Source: Geosiphon pyriformis uo1
Taxonomy: Eukaryota > Fungi > Glomeromycota
Direction of reading: 5' to 3'
Length of the DNA: 64,000 bases
Assembly (NCBI GenBank): GCA_016748015.1
Contig: JAAOMT010000129.1
Coordinates: forward strand, 124,001-188,000
The notes under the pieces were generated by a model. That model did not search any database. It was given only the letters and a program-made list of their open reading frames with translations, and had not been told where the DNA came from. The position numbers and the translations under genes are program-made. Numbering within the stretch: position 1 is the first letter of the stretch; every line of letters begins with the position of its first letter. Shown in pieces: positions 12,860 to 24,077 of the stretch.

Positions 12860-15800
12860 ATTTTTTATTATTATTAAATATATTTAATAAGTGAAGTTCA
12901 ACCACTATTTAGTACATAGAGCCATACTAGGAGGCTTAAATTAAATGTGGTTCACGTGCTCACTACATGTGGCCAGCCACTCGGACCAGACAAAGCAACA
13001 CTATACACTTATAATAACACATGGATCACAATCCAATCCAGAAAAGAAAAGACAAGACTTACAATGCCCAAAGCTAACTGCAAGGAAATCGGCAATGTCA
13101 AGCATCCTAACTATACTATTTGACATTATCTGCACTGTACACCATGCAAAATCTGACACCAGTTCACTATCTCCAACCAAACCAGTCCTCTTTATATCTG
13201 CTCTATACTTAGATCTCACCAGCCAGATTCTAGAACAATGCAACTCAATAAAACGTCTCACATAATCAATGACAATACCCACAGTCTTTTTTTTATTATT
13301 AAAAACTCCAACAGCTTCCGCACATCAATCTTTCATAACAAACCCTTTACACACAACCAAGTATAGACCAATGTTTGAAGAGCAAAGACCAAAGAACTGC
13401 AAAACAGTAGAAGGAGATGGGAAAACTAACCCCCACCAAAGAGATCCATGAAGCAGAAGCCTCAGTTAGAATTTCTCCCTGAATACCAACATCTAAGGCA
13501 CACAAAAAAGCATGATCAGACAGCTTCACCTTACCACAAAGCAAACACTGTACACCAGAATAGCTCTTATTATACAATCTTTTTCTAACTGCTACTGGGA
13601 GCTGTTAGTAAACAGCTTTCATCAAATACAAATGTAGAACAGAAGACTTCCGACTGGTAGACCCAGCAAGCATATGCAAGTCAGAGTCCCACACTTTTGA
13701 AATGGCCTCCCAGTCAACATTTCCAATCAATACACTCAGAATAACATCACGACCAGCCCCAGCTTCTCAACAAGCATGACAAACAGATCTGTACAAATTT
13801 CAAACAAAGTACAGGACATTATCAGATACAACCATGTTCTCAGCTACCAAGAACTATTCATGAATTCCTGCTGGCAAGAAAAATTGAGAGCATGTAGCAA
13901 TACCAGCTGCAGCATCAGCCTTCTCATTGCCACAAACTCCAGAATGTTCTTTAACTTTTATCCATCTTACATTAAGATTTTTCTCATAAACCAAATTGAA
14001 AATGTGATGCTTTTTCACCCAACATGGAGCATGGAAGTCGGGAACAGCAGCAGACATCTCAAATACACAAGCATTAATGGTAGCTTGACTGTCAGTATGC
14101 ACCACTACCATACAAAAAGATGGACAGCACTCTAGTGCCAAAGCTACAGCCTGTAATTCAGCTAAAATAGAAGACAACAAACCCCAAACTCTCACCCCAA
14201 GACTAAGATCCACAGCAGGAAAGTACACAGCTATGTCACTAGAAACATTAACTGAGCCAAAATTTTTTAATGAACCATCTGTAAAAACATCAAATAAACT
14301 AGACCAAATCTTGTGCAAGCTATTCTGCACAACAGAAAACTCCTAAGAATCCAAAATGTTTAAACCATGAAGCTGGCCAGTCTGTGCTATATCTGATAAC
14401 ACTGAGCCATTAGTACGTAGAAATTGGGATGTTTGTTTAAACCAGGAAAAAACAGGATCTCTTGAATCAAGCTTTTTCTACTGCTAAAAAGTCTTTCAGT
14501 CCATCATCTGTCCTTTTTTATCCAGCAGTCTGTTGCCAAATGCAACACCAAAACGCTTCAAAGAGTGCACAGAACTAAAGTAAAGAGTGTCTCCCAACAC
14601 CATTGACATAGAAAAAACACCAGAACTACGGAAGGTATTAGGCAGGTTATTCACCAAAGACAGCTCATTGTGCAAGAAAATTTTTACTATACCAGCCAAA
14701 AAATTGTTCACAAGACTAACATGTAACCTGACAGAAAACTGTAAGGAATTCAAAAGAGCCCAGCCTATAACCTACAAGTTCAAAAATCTATGATTGAACA
14801 AGCACCCCAGAATGTCCAAAGCATTAGAAAAAGAGACCATAACAGCCAATTTACTCTCAGACTAAACCTGCTTAAAAGTTTTCAAATCATACAACAAAGG
14901 ATGATGTAAAGCTGTATTGGGAAAGTCGCAGAAAAGACAGGTTTTAAGCTTTAGACTCTTCCTAATCATGACATCTCACTTGTGACAAACATTTGATAAA
15001 ACAAAACTGGACTAAATCCAATAGCTAATAATAGGTTGCAAGACCGCTGACACCAAATATGAAAACTGCTTATCAATAATAGTTTTCTTTAGCACAACAT
15101 TAACAAAAAAACAAACATCAGAATGGGCTTTGGCAACACTTGGCTTGGACAGTCTCTCAGTAGACAAAAAAATACCTAGATAACAATGTACTTCATCCTT
15201 TTTGGCAATCAAAATCAGCTGACCACAAATATTCAAAGAAGCAACCTTAACGTCTTGATTAATGAGGATAGCAACTGTCTTATTATTGTTGATGGAAATG
15301 TCATTAATCTCAAAAAATTCACTGGCAATGTTCAAAACATATTGAATTGAAGTCTGACAGCTTCCAACCCAAATTATGTCATCAACAAACACACTAGCCA
15401 CAAAGTAAGATGTTATCTCATTACAATTTTCAATCCTCTCTAACTTTGAAACAAACTTAGTATCAATCCAGTACTCACACAAATGTTCATGTCTCTTAAT
15501 CTCACACAAAAGGGAATCATAAAATATTCTCCAGAGCAGAGGTGAAAAAACCTTACCCTGATCTAACCCATCATACACCCTATAGCTATCAGACAGACCA
15601 AAATCAGTTATGACCCTATTAATCCTATTCTTATGTATACTACCAAAAAAATTTATAAATCTGTCACACATTTTGATTTGCAGCAAGCTAGCCTTCAGAT
15701 GGTACCAACTAACAGAATCATAAGCCTTTTACATATCTTGTAAAACCAACCAAATTTCCCTGTTCTTCTTAAGAGCATCTTCAACAATAGACTCAACAGC

Positions 15801-18800
15801 AAACACTGAAGACTGTATAGAAGTGCTCTTCAGCACAGAAAAGTTATCAACCCAGAGGACACCAAATTTACTGCAAGCAAATGAAATACAGTCAGATAGA
15901 ATCTTAAAAAGAATCTTTCTCGAAGTCTCAATTAACACAATAGGACAAGTGTTCATAAGAACTCCATCCCAGTCATAGGGTTTTGGAATCATTGAAACCC
16001 ATGTCCTCTTCCATAGGACAGGCACACCACTCACATTCAAGCACATATTCAGCAGCCTTAACAGGCAACCTATTACTGCATTACCACTATGATTCCACAA
16101 CTTATTAGGGATGTCAGATAAACCAGCAGCCTTTCCATCAGGTAAACCACTAATGACCAAAAGCAATTCACTCAGACTGATAGGATGCATCATACCAGAA
16201 AAGATGTCATTCCTTACATAATCCAAAAGTGCATATTGGTAGATTCAACAATCAGACAAAGTTGGAGGCACCATTTATCTACTTGTTCAACCCTCCATAA
16301 TTTTATCCATATTAGATTTAATCTCGGTTGGCTCCATGACCAGCTCATTATCCATCACCAAATGATCTAGTACCATCTTGTGAAAGGGTTGGTCTAGAAT
16401 GCTTTTAATCATGCCACTTTTATCAGAACAAAATTTTTCTATTTGCTTCTTTGTTGCTTTTCTAATAGATGCCTCTTCAGCCAATTTTGACTTATACATC
16501 TTAGACTTCCTATAACTTTTATGAACCAAGGACAAATGTTTGAAAATAAACACAGAATGTTTGTTCGAGAGAATTAGATTAGCAAAAACACAGGCTTTGG
16601 CTTTATCCAAAGTCAACCAAGTTTTTACAAGACAATCAACCCCAGCAGCATCACCACAACTAAATTTCTTAATAATTTTGGCAGCCAACATTTCCAACTC
16701 ATAAAATCTAGAAGAATGTCTGTTTTTTGAACACTGAAACTCACTGAACCAGTGCCTCAAAAATATCTCATCAGCTGAATCCACCATTGTCTTCTCCAGA
16801 ATAGTCCACATAACATCTATTTTATTATATGCCTCCACATTAGAAAGTTCACTTTCCACCAACAATAGCTTGGAAGCCATACAATCCCTAAACTTCGTCC
16901 ACTTGATGCCATTTGCATCCTTAATATTGAATTTCCAATGATCTTTATTCGCTTGTTTGCACAAGCTATTTAGACAACCATCCAAGAGACCACCCAAACC
17001 AATAAACACTATAACAGCCTTGTGATTAGTATTAAAAAAATCGGAAACAGAGCTAATTGCATGACCTGCAACTGCTGAAGCCAAGTTTCTACTAACAAAA
17101 ATATAGTCAATAGTCCTCTTGATCCCTTTTAAATTGTTTCATGTAGCAGCCTTGGCCAAAAAATAGCCTGTAAAAGAATTAACCAAACCCAATTTTGAAC
17201 AGAATTTAAAACTTGCACTCCTCCCAGATTTATTTTCATTAAAATCCTCATCTAATACCATAAAAGTGCTAGAGTTAATGGCCTTAGCAATGAGAGAGTT
17301 TACCTTTGAAGTCTGATTGAATCTAATTCCAGCTAACACACCCACATACAAACCCAAGACCATAACTGAGAGCTTGTCTTTAAATAGGAGTCACACTAAA
17401 ATAATCCTATCTGAAATCTCTTCTACCCTAGAAACATGACAACTCAAGGAATCGTTCATAATAACAGCCACACCAGCACTAAGATAACTTTTTTTTAAAC
17501 CAGATGTGAATATCTGCACACCTTTAAACTTATTGACAATCCAAGATTTAACACCAGAATGTAGCTTAGTTTCCATAACAAAAAACACCATATTACTTGA
17601 GCTCAAGTGCCATTGAACAACATTCTCTTGCTTAGCAGGTACATTAATACCTCGAACATTGTATACAGCAAATTTCCAAATCATACTATTCATTGGGAAG
17701 AAGAAGAGGACAAAGAACCCAAACCAGAGTCTAAAGAATCCAACTTAGCTAATACCAAATGGATTGATACTTCCAAAGCCACTATCTTTGACTCTAAACC
17801 ACATACTTTGGTGGTTAGAATCTTTGAACTGCTGGAACTGAAATCAGAGAACACAATGTCAACTTCAGGGAGAGAAGAAACTGGCAATGCCAATACTTTA
17901 TCCAAAATCATGTCCAAAACCAAATCCAATGCTGAAGAATCAGAAACAACCAGAGAAGATACATGAGAAACAGAAGGCAAGAGCACCAGATTAACAAAAC
18001 CTAATTTCTTTAAGATGTCAGAAACCTGGTCCACTACTAGCTTCAGAGAGCACTTCAAAGAAGCCAAACAATTATTAAAACCAGAGACATCAAAAAAGTC
18101 AGAAGTTGTGTGAAAGATATTTGCACCCAACACCACATTCACATTTAATAAAAACAAAGAAGAAATACGAGCAGAAGAACTGCTGGCAACCTGTACCCAA
18201 GTTTTACCACCAAAAAACACTGGATAAGCAATAGGTGCTTGCTTTTTTCTATATATACTGGCTAAGTGGACCCGATTATGAGAAATTACCACTCTTTTCT
18301 CATGAGTGCCAGAGTTTCCACCCATAAAACAATCATCAGGAACATGACCAAATTAGTCACACTTAGCACAACAAGTCAGAGAAAGACCAGCCCATCTTAA
18401 ATTTACTTTTCTAAAAACCAGTAGAGAACCAATGGCATCATTTCTCAATTTTTCACTATCAAAACAAATCATTGCACATCTATCATGAGCATATGAAACA
18501 GGATTGTGGCTGATAAAATATGTTCTACCACTATAAGAGACTAACAGCTTAGACAAATCATAAGCAGTAGTACCAATAGGCAAGGTGTAAAACAAAGTTC
18601 TATAATAATCTCTAGAAATCCATGTTTGTTTATTCCCTACAGCCAATGCCACTCTTACAGAATCTTTTTCCATAAGAACTGACCACTTGGCAGTAATTAT
18701 GCTAGCCATATCTGATGACTCAAATTCTACCCAGATCTTCTGCCAAAGACCAATTAACTGCATTCTTACTGATACAATCTTACCAAATCTAAAAAAAACT

Positions 18801-19790
18801 GATACAACTGCTGATTGGGAAGATCTACTGAGATTTTTCTGACTATCACTTCCCGATCCGAATGGTTGTTTATTTTTCTTATCTCATCATTGACTAAAAT
18901 TTTTTTACTGACAGCCAGATCTCTTGCCTTCTTCAAACTAGATTCTGAAGTAAAAAATGATCTGATAATTCCAGAAAATTTTGAGGAAGTAGAAGCTCCT
19001 CCCAAAACCATCAATTTGATAGAAAATTTTCTTAAGATGTAATAACTTATCACCAGAGGTTTTGTCAGGCACTGCAGAAAGATCAACATCCAATGCAAAA
19101 AAATTTTTCAAATCAAAATTCCAGACATTTTTAACATGCAAATTAGTTAATGGCAATCTATTGGAACCAACAAATTTAGGTGCTGGAAGCACCAACTCTA
19201 CATCATTGTCATTCAAGATATTGAAAGGCAGCTTTTTTGGCAGTTTTCTTAAGATATAAGTTCTGGTGCATGTCATCTTCAGAGTAGTGTCATTCATTAT
19301 GTCATCTGTCTTAAAAGCATTAGAGTCAATATAGCTTGTTTCTTCGGCAACCATGTTTTTCATGTTCTTAACATCCAACACTTCACTTATACTGTTTTCT
19401 TTACTGTCCATTTTACTGTCCCAAGATTTAGCATGCTCATTACTATTGGCTTGTAGCATGTTGACAGACAGAGGTCTAGCTGATGAGTCAATCACTATAC
19501 CAGAAGCCCCAGGTTTTTTCATTTTTTTGAATGTGGAACTGCGAAAGTACACACTCTCAACACGCGCTTTTTTTTTAATACTAATACTAGACTGAAAACC
19601 CAATCCAGCCGAAACCGAACTAGGACCACCAGCAAATGAGCTTGCTAGATTCATTACTAAGAAGAGAGGCAATATGGATAAAATGATTTAGATAACCAAA
19701 GAGGAAAAAAAAGAAAATAAAAGCAAAGCAGTGTCTCTAAAGAAAATATTATTATTCTCATTGTGGTCAAGAGATTGACAAGAAAAAGAT
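12860..19790 (-). mobile_element. Degenerate full-length LINE copy 3
   Basis: 5' motif shared with copy 1 (19756-19790). ORF1 19672-17690 with RRM-like region and CAKCD..GH...C knuckle. ORF2 from 17693: APE (AVYNVRG, DEDFNE); RT (FVDD at 15378-15389, YLGIFL); RNase H (FTDGS, AELQA, TDSQ, WIKVKEHSGVCGNEKAD) at 13854-14300; CLLC..H...C; stop at 13001. 3' UTR is colinear with copy 2; (TAA)n tail near 12865. Confidence 0.93.
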
Positions 19791-20740
19791 TTCAAATTAG
19801 TTAGTTATATTATAAATTAATTAAACTTTTAAAAAATTTTTGTTAATTAATAATAGTTTTTAAATATTATTAAAAATAACATTATTAAAAAACAAAAAAA
19901 AGTATTTTAGTTTTTATTTAATTAACTTAATTTTTAAGATTAAATAACTTAATAGGTTAATTAATTAAAGTTATATATAAAAATATAATTTTTTTTGCTT
20001 TTAAAATTAGTAAAAATCAATTAAAATTTAACATATCAAATAATTCAATTATTTATTAATTAAAATCAATTTTACAAATATGTTGTTGGTATTATTATTT
20101 AAAATTATTATTTATAACAAAATTTATATTATAATTAGTATTATTATTATAAAATAAGTATTAATATTAAAAATTAAATAAAGTTAATATTTTATTTTTT
20201 ACAAAAAAAAACAAAATTTAAATAATAAGTAGTGTTTTAAAAGATATTAAAAGAAAAAAAAAATTTCAAATATCTTAAAAAAATTGTTTTTTTAGCTTTT
20301 TTGGCCATTTAAGCAAACATAAAAAAAGAGATAAAAAAAAGTGCTTTATTATTGGTTTGTTATTAAAACCTTAAAACTTTTTGTAACAATAATAATTATA
20401 CTAGAATTAATTACTTAAAAGAGACTTTAAATAAAAAAACTTTTATTTTAAAAAATAGTGCTTTAAACCAACAAAAAACTAATTTATTACTATTTTATTT
20501 AAATAAAGTGCTTTTATAAAACATTATTAAATAGCTTTAATAGTTACAAATGCTTTACTAATCAAAATATTACCAAATGCTTCAAAAAATAAAGAAGTTG
20601 CAACTTTTTTATTTTTTGCTCTAATTATAGTTATAAAACTACAAAAGAGAAAAAGTTTTTCCAAATTTAATCAATTAAATTTATAAAATTAAACAATTTC
20701 AAAATTTTTTAAATTTAATTGTAACCATTGCTTGTAATCC
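19791..20740. other. AT-rich buffer between the transposon cluster and the gene block
   Basis: Very low GC; no ORF. Confidence 0.65.
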
Positions 20741-21022
20741 AATTGATTTAATTGCAACAGCCATCTTGTAAAGAAATTCGTGGAAATTATGCTTCAATAT
20801 TAAAGAAAAAAATTTAACAGTTTTTCAGACGTTTTATGGGTTTGGTGTTCACGATATTCATGTGAACGTAACAAAAGCTTTTGCATTTCAAAGTTCTAAT
20901 ATCTCAAAGGTTTAAGCCTATTAAATGTCAAGTATGGTGTGAAACATCGGGGATGTGAATTATGGTTTGCCGAGGAAAAGTGCAAATTAATTAAAAACTG
21001 AATGATTCAGTGGTCATCAAGT

Positions 21023-23485
21023 TTAATTTGCTGCCATATTATCTAGTGCTCTATCCACATAACCTAAAGATCTAGTTGCACAAGCCGCATCGATCATCTG
21101 ATACTCTGCCAAATTCAAAAGGTGAAGAGCAAAATTATTTCGAAGATTCAACCTAGCAATCGACAATGCACGCTCTTTTGCGAATTGAATGCAAACTTCT
21201 GGTAAATGGCAATCTCCAAGTCCTCTAAATATTGAAGTAGATATTAGATAATGGTTATCGAGAAATATTTAATGGAAGTGGGAAGGAAGAATAAAAAAAT
21301 GAAATTGTGATGTAAGGCTGTTAGGAAATCAATGAACCCCTTTTAATGCTGATTACATATATTTATGGACTTGCATGGCATCACCGCGAATAATATGTCC
21401 AAGATATCAAGGTTCCTTACAAGTGGAGGCATCAAAACTAAATCGTTCATAAGCCGAAAGGAGATTGGAGATATAAAAAATAACATACCTATGCGGTTCC
21501 ACGTGCCTATTCCACATTTTCATAAGTTTCTTCTCTGAATTATTTATATTTGTCGATTCATCCAGATTCTATATATAGGCGGAGGTTTTTGGTTAAAGTG
21601 ATGTTCATACAAACAGAAGAGTAACTTCTCTACTTCTTTGAAATTATAATAATTAGAGAACATACCTCGTCACTAATTTGTTGTAGCCAGTGGGTACACA
21701 TTTCAGTGTCTGAGTCAATATCCGAATCATCTAGTGTGAATGGCATAAATGACTGAGAATGGTAAAAATTAACCATAGGCAAGACAGTTGGTCGGACTGA
21801 TCCGTGGATAATGGGAAAGGCAAATGGCTTAGGTCGTAAAATTCCCAAAGTTTTTTCGAAATAATCCAGCTCCGAATGATCTTCGTTAGGAAAAACCACT
21901 ATAACACGGTCGCTGGGAACTTGTTTTCCGTTCTTTATCATTAGGATAATTGATTATATAAAAGATAAGAATTAAGGTGATTTCATCTTATTTCAAAGTC
22001 CAATTCAAAAATTTCTACCTTAGTAGTAAATTTTAGATGAACATGATTGCTGGGCAAGTGCTTTTGCAAAGTAGGACTATCAATATAATCTTTGTTACAC
22101 CAAGGACACCGAAAGCCTTTGGTTATTTGTTTGACTTCACAATCCGCAGTGCGAAATAAAAAGGCGACTGGAACTGATTCTTGTTCTGCACGTCTTGTTA
22201 CACAGTTTCGGGAAGGAAGAACTGTGAGAGCCTCACAATTTTTTTCTTTAAAGGCCCGGTGAATTTTGCGGTCCCAATTTAACTTGAAACTCATCTTCCA
22301 AAAAGGTTGTTTTATTGCATCCTGGCTATGTGCGGCTTGGATATCCGATTCGTAGTCATCATCTTTAATGAATAGGCCTTGGTCTAAGAGGCTAATCTGC
22401 ACCCATAATATTCGTGTATTATTAGACTTTTGAAGAAAGTCTGAAATAAACTGCTCCCAGCCGCTAACTTTTCCATCAGAAGGCCAATTTTCTCGACCTT
22501 TTGAATTTATAGAAATGAACAAAACAAAATCCTCAACGCTTTGTTCGACATCAAAGTTCGTTTCAGGTATTTCGAAAGAGATCCGACCCGTAAAAAGGCC
22601 AGAGCCCAAATTTAAAGGAAAGCTTTGCAAATAAATCAATTGATAATCCCAAGTGTTTACGCCACCATTATTCAACTTTCTTCTTTTTGTTGTTGTGTCT
22701 ATCTTCCCATTTGATAACAAAGTTCCCTATGTGAAATAAAAATTAAAAGTTTATTCTCACTTGGATTTGAAAATGAATTGTGCCAAAAAATACCTTTTGC
22801 ATTCGGTACAGTGAAACTTCCCATAGAAGCTGAACGCCCTCATTGTTTCTTGTTTTATAACTTGCTAGTTTCAAAATATAGGTTCATGCTGTATGTCAAA
22901 GTTCTATAAATAAAATTTTAACAATATTTTCTTTACCTGGTAAGGCAAGGGGCTCCACGGTTATACAAAGCGATCGAGCGGTTCGACTATACAGTAATAG
23001 TAAATAGCAACATCTAAAAGAAATCCGATAACATAGGCCAGTTGTGACTCACCTCGTCAAAGGGAGGCGTTCTTCTCTTTCTCGTTGTTCAAACAGTGCG
23101 TTCAAGGTTAAATTTCTTTTCCTTTCTCTATTCCTTATTACTATTCGCTTCTTTCGAGCTTGGTGTATATATGATAGGTTTCTGGTGAGGAATCTTTGCT
23201 TTTTGCATTAAGAGCAACTAAGATGGTCAGCACTGGCAAGAATGGAGCTCACCAGAGAATCTCCACTAATCATAAAAAATACGAAGAACCAACTTACAGG
23301 ACGCCGCGTCAGAAATTTGTACAAACAGGTTGGTCCTTAGAAAATATAGAACGCAAGGGGAGTAAATGCAAGAATTTCCAAAAATTGGATTAGTTAGGAG
23401 AAAAATAATTACCAGTGAATACTTCCCGGAATAAGGAGGTGGCCTTTGGCCGGTCTACCAAACGCTTGATTGCCTTTGAAACCAT
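21023..23485 (-). CDS. SUZ12: Polycomb PRC2 subunit SUZ12 / VEFS-box protein (multi-exon)
   Basis: Spliced N-terminal motif PTCLYKFLTRRP-QRFLTRNLSYI; C2H2 finger CPWC...LQKHLPSNH; VEFS box FYHSQSFMPF..DSDIDSD..WL....EKKLMKMWNRHV...FALHLLNL. ATG at 23485, TAA at 21023; GT-AG introns. Confidence 0.88.
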
Positions 23486-24077
23486 CTCTTGCTTTTCTAG
23501 TTCTTCGATAAAGCGGTGTTAGTTGACGATCTCCTTGCAATTTCTGGTATATATCCGATGTGCAGGATTTTTAATGGCTAGCTGAAAACGTGATCCTTTA
23601 ATGATTCGCTACGATCAGTCCGAATTCAGTAATTGACTGATTAGCTGTAACAGCTCGTTGATTGGACAGAATACAAAAAAAACGCGACGACGCGTCTTTG
23701 GTTTGTTCATGACGCGATGACTCAATGGTTTTCGCAATTATCAAGGAAATGATGTTCTTTCGCTTTGCCTTTTTTTCTCCAATAAATAAAAAGGATCATC
23801 TTTATATTATTTCCCAATAACGGGGAGAATAATAACAAAATCAAGGTGCGATAACACGCAATCATCTCGGTGCAATTCAGTAACACGATTCGCTTTATTT
23901 TTTTGGTCATAAAAGATCCTTGGAATATTTTAAGAGTGAAGTTTTATCCCTCCATGGTCCAAAAGTATTTATTTCCACTCAGCTACAGTCGATCATTTCT
24001 AGTTGATAAATCTCCCTAACCCCAAATTAAATCCAGAAAGCAGTTTATACAATACTTAAAATTCCAAATTTGTTAGA

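Noticed and set aside
551-16289. The same in-frame TGA (x-G-stop-T) between endonuclease and RT in all three LINEs (551, 9111, 16287), suggesting programmed readthrough
   Set aside because: Trp-to-TGA decay is frequent at many other sites, where two of three copies often share the stop while the third keeps TGG. A three-way match is therefore plausible by chance. A family consensus would settle it.
251-19672. Dozens of short ORFs on both strands in the ORF track
   Set aside because: Minus-strand ones are fragments of broken LINE ORF1/ORF2 and plus-strand ones are antisense shadows; none is an independent gene.
4720-19790. Target-site duplications for the LINEs
   Set aside because: Flanks are near-pure AT and mutated; no convincing direct repeat could be read.
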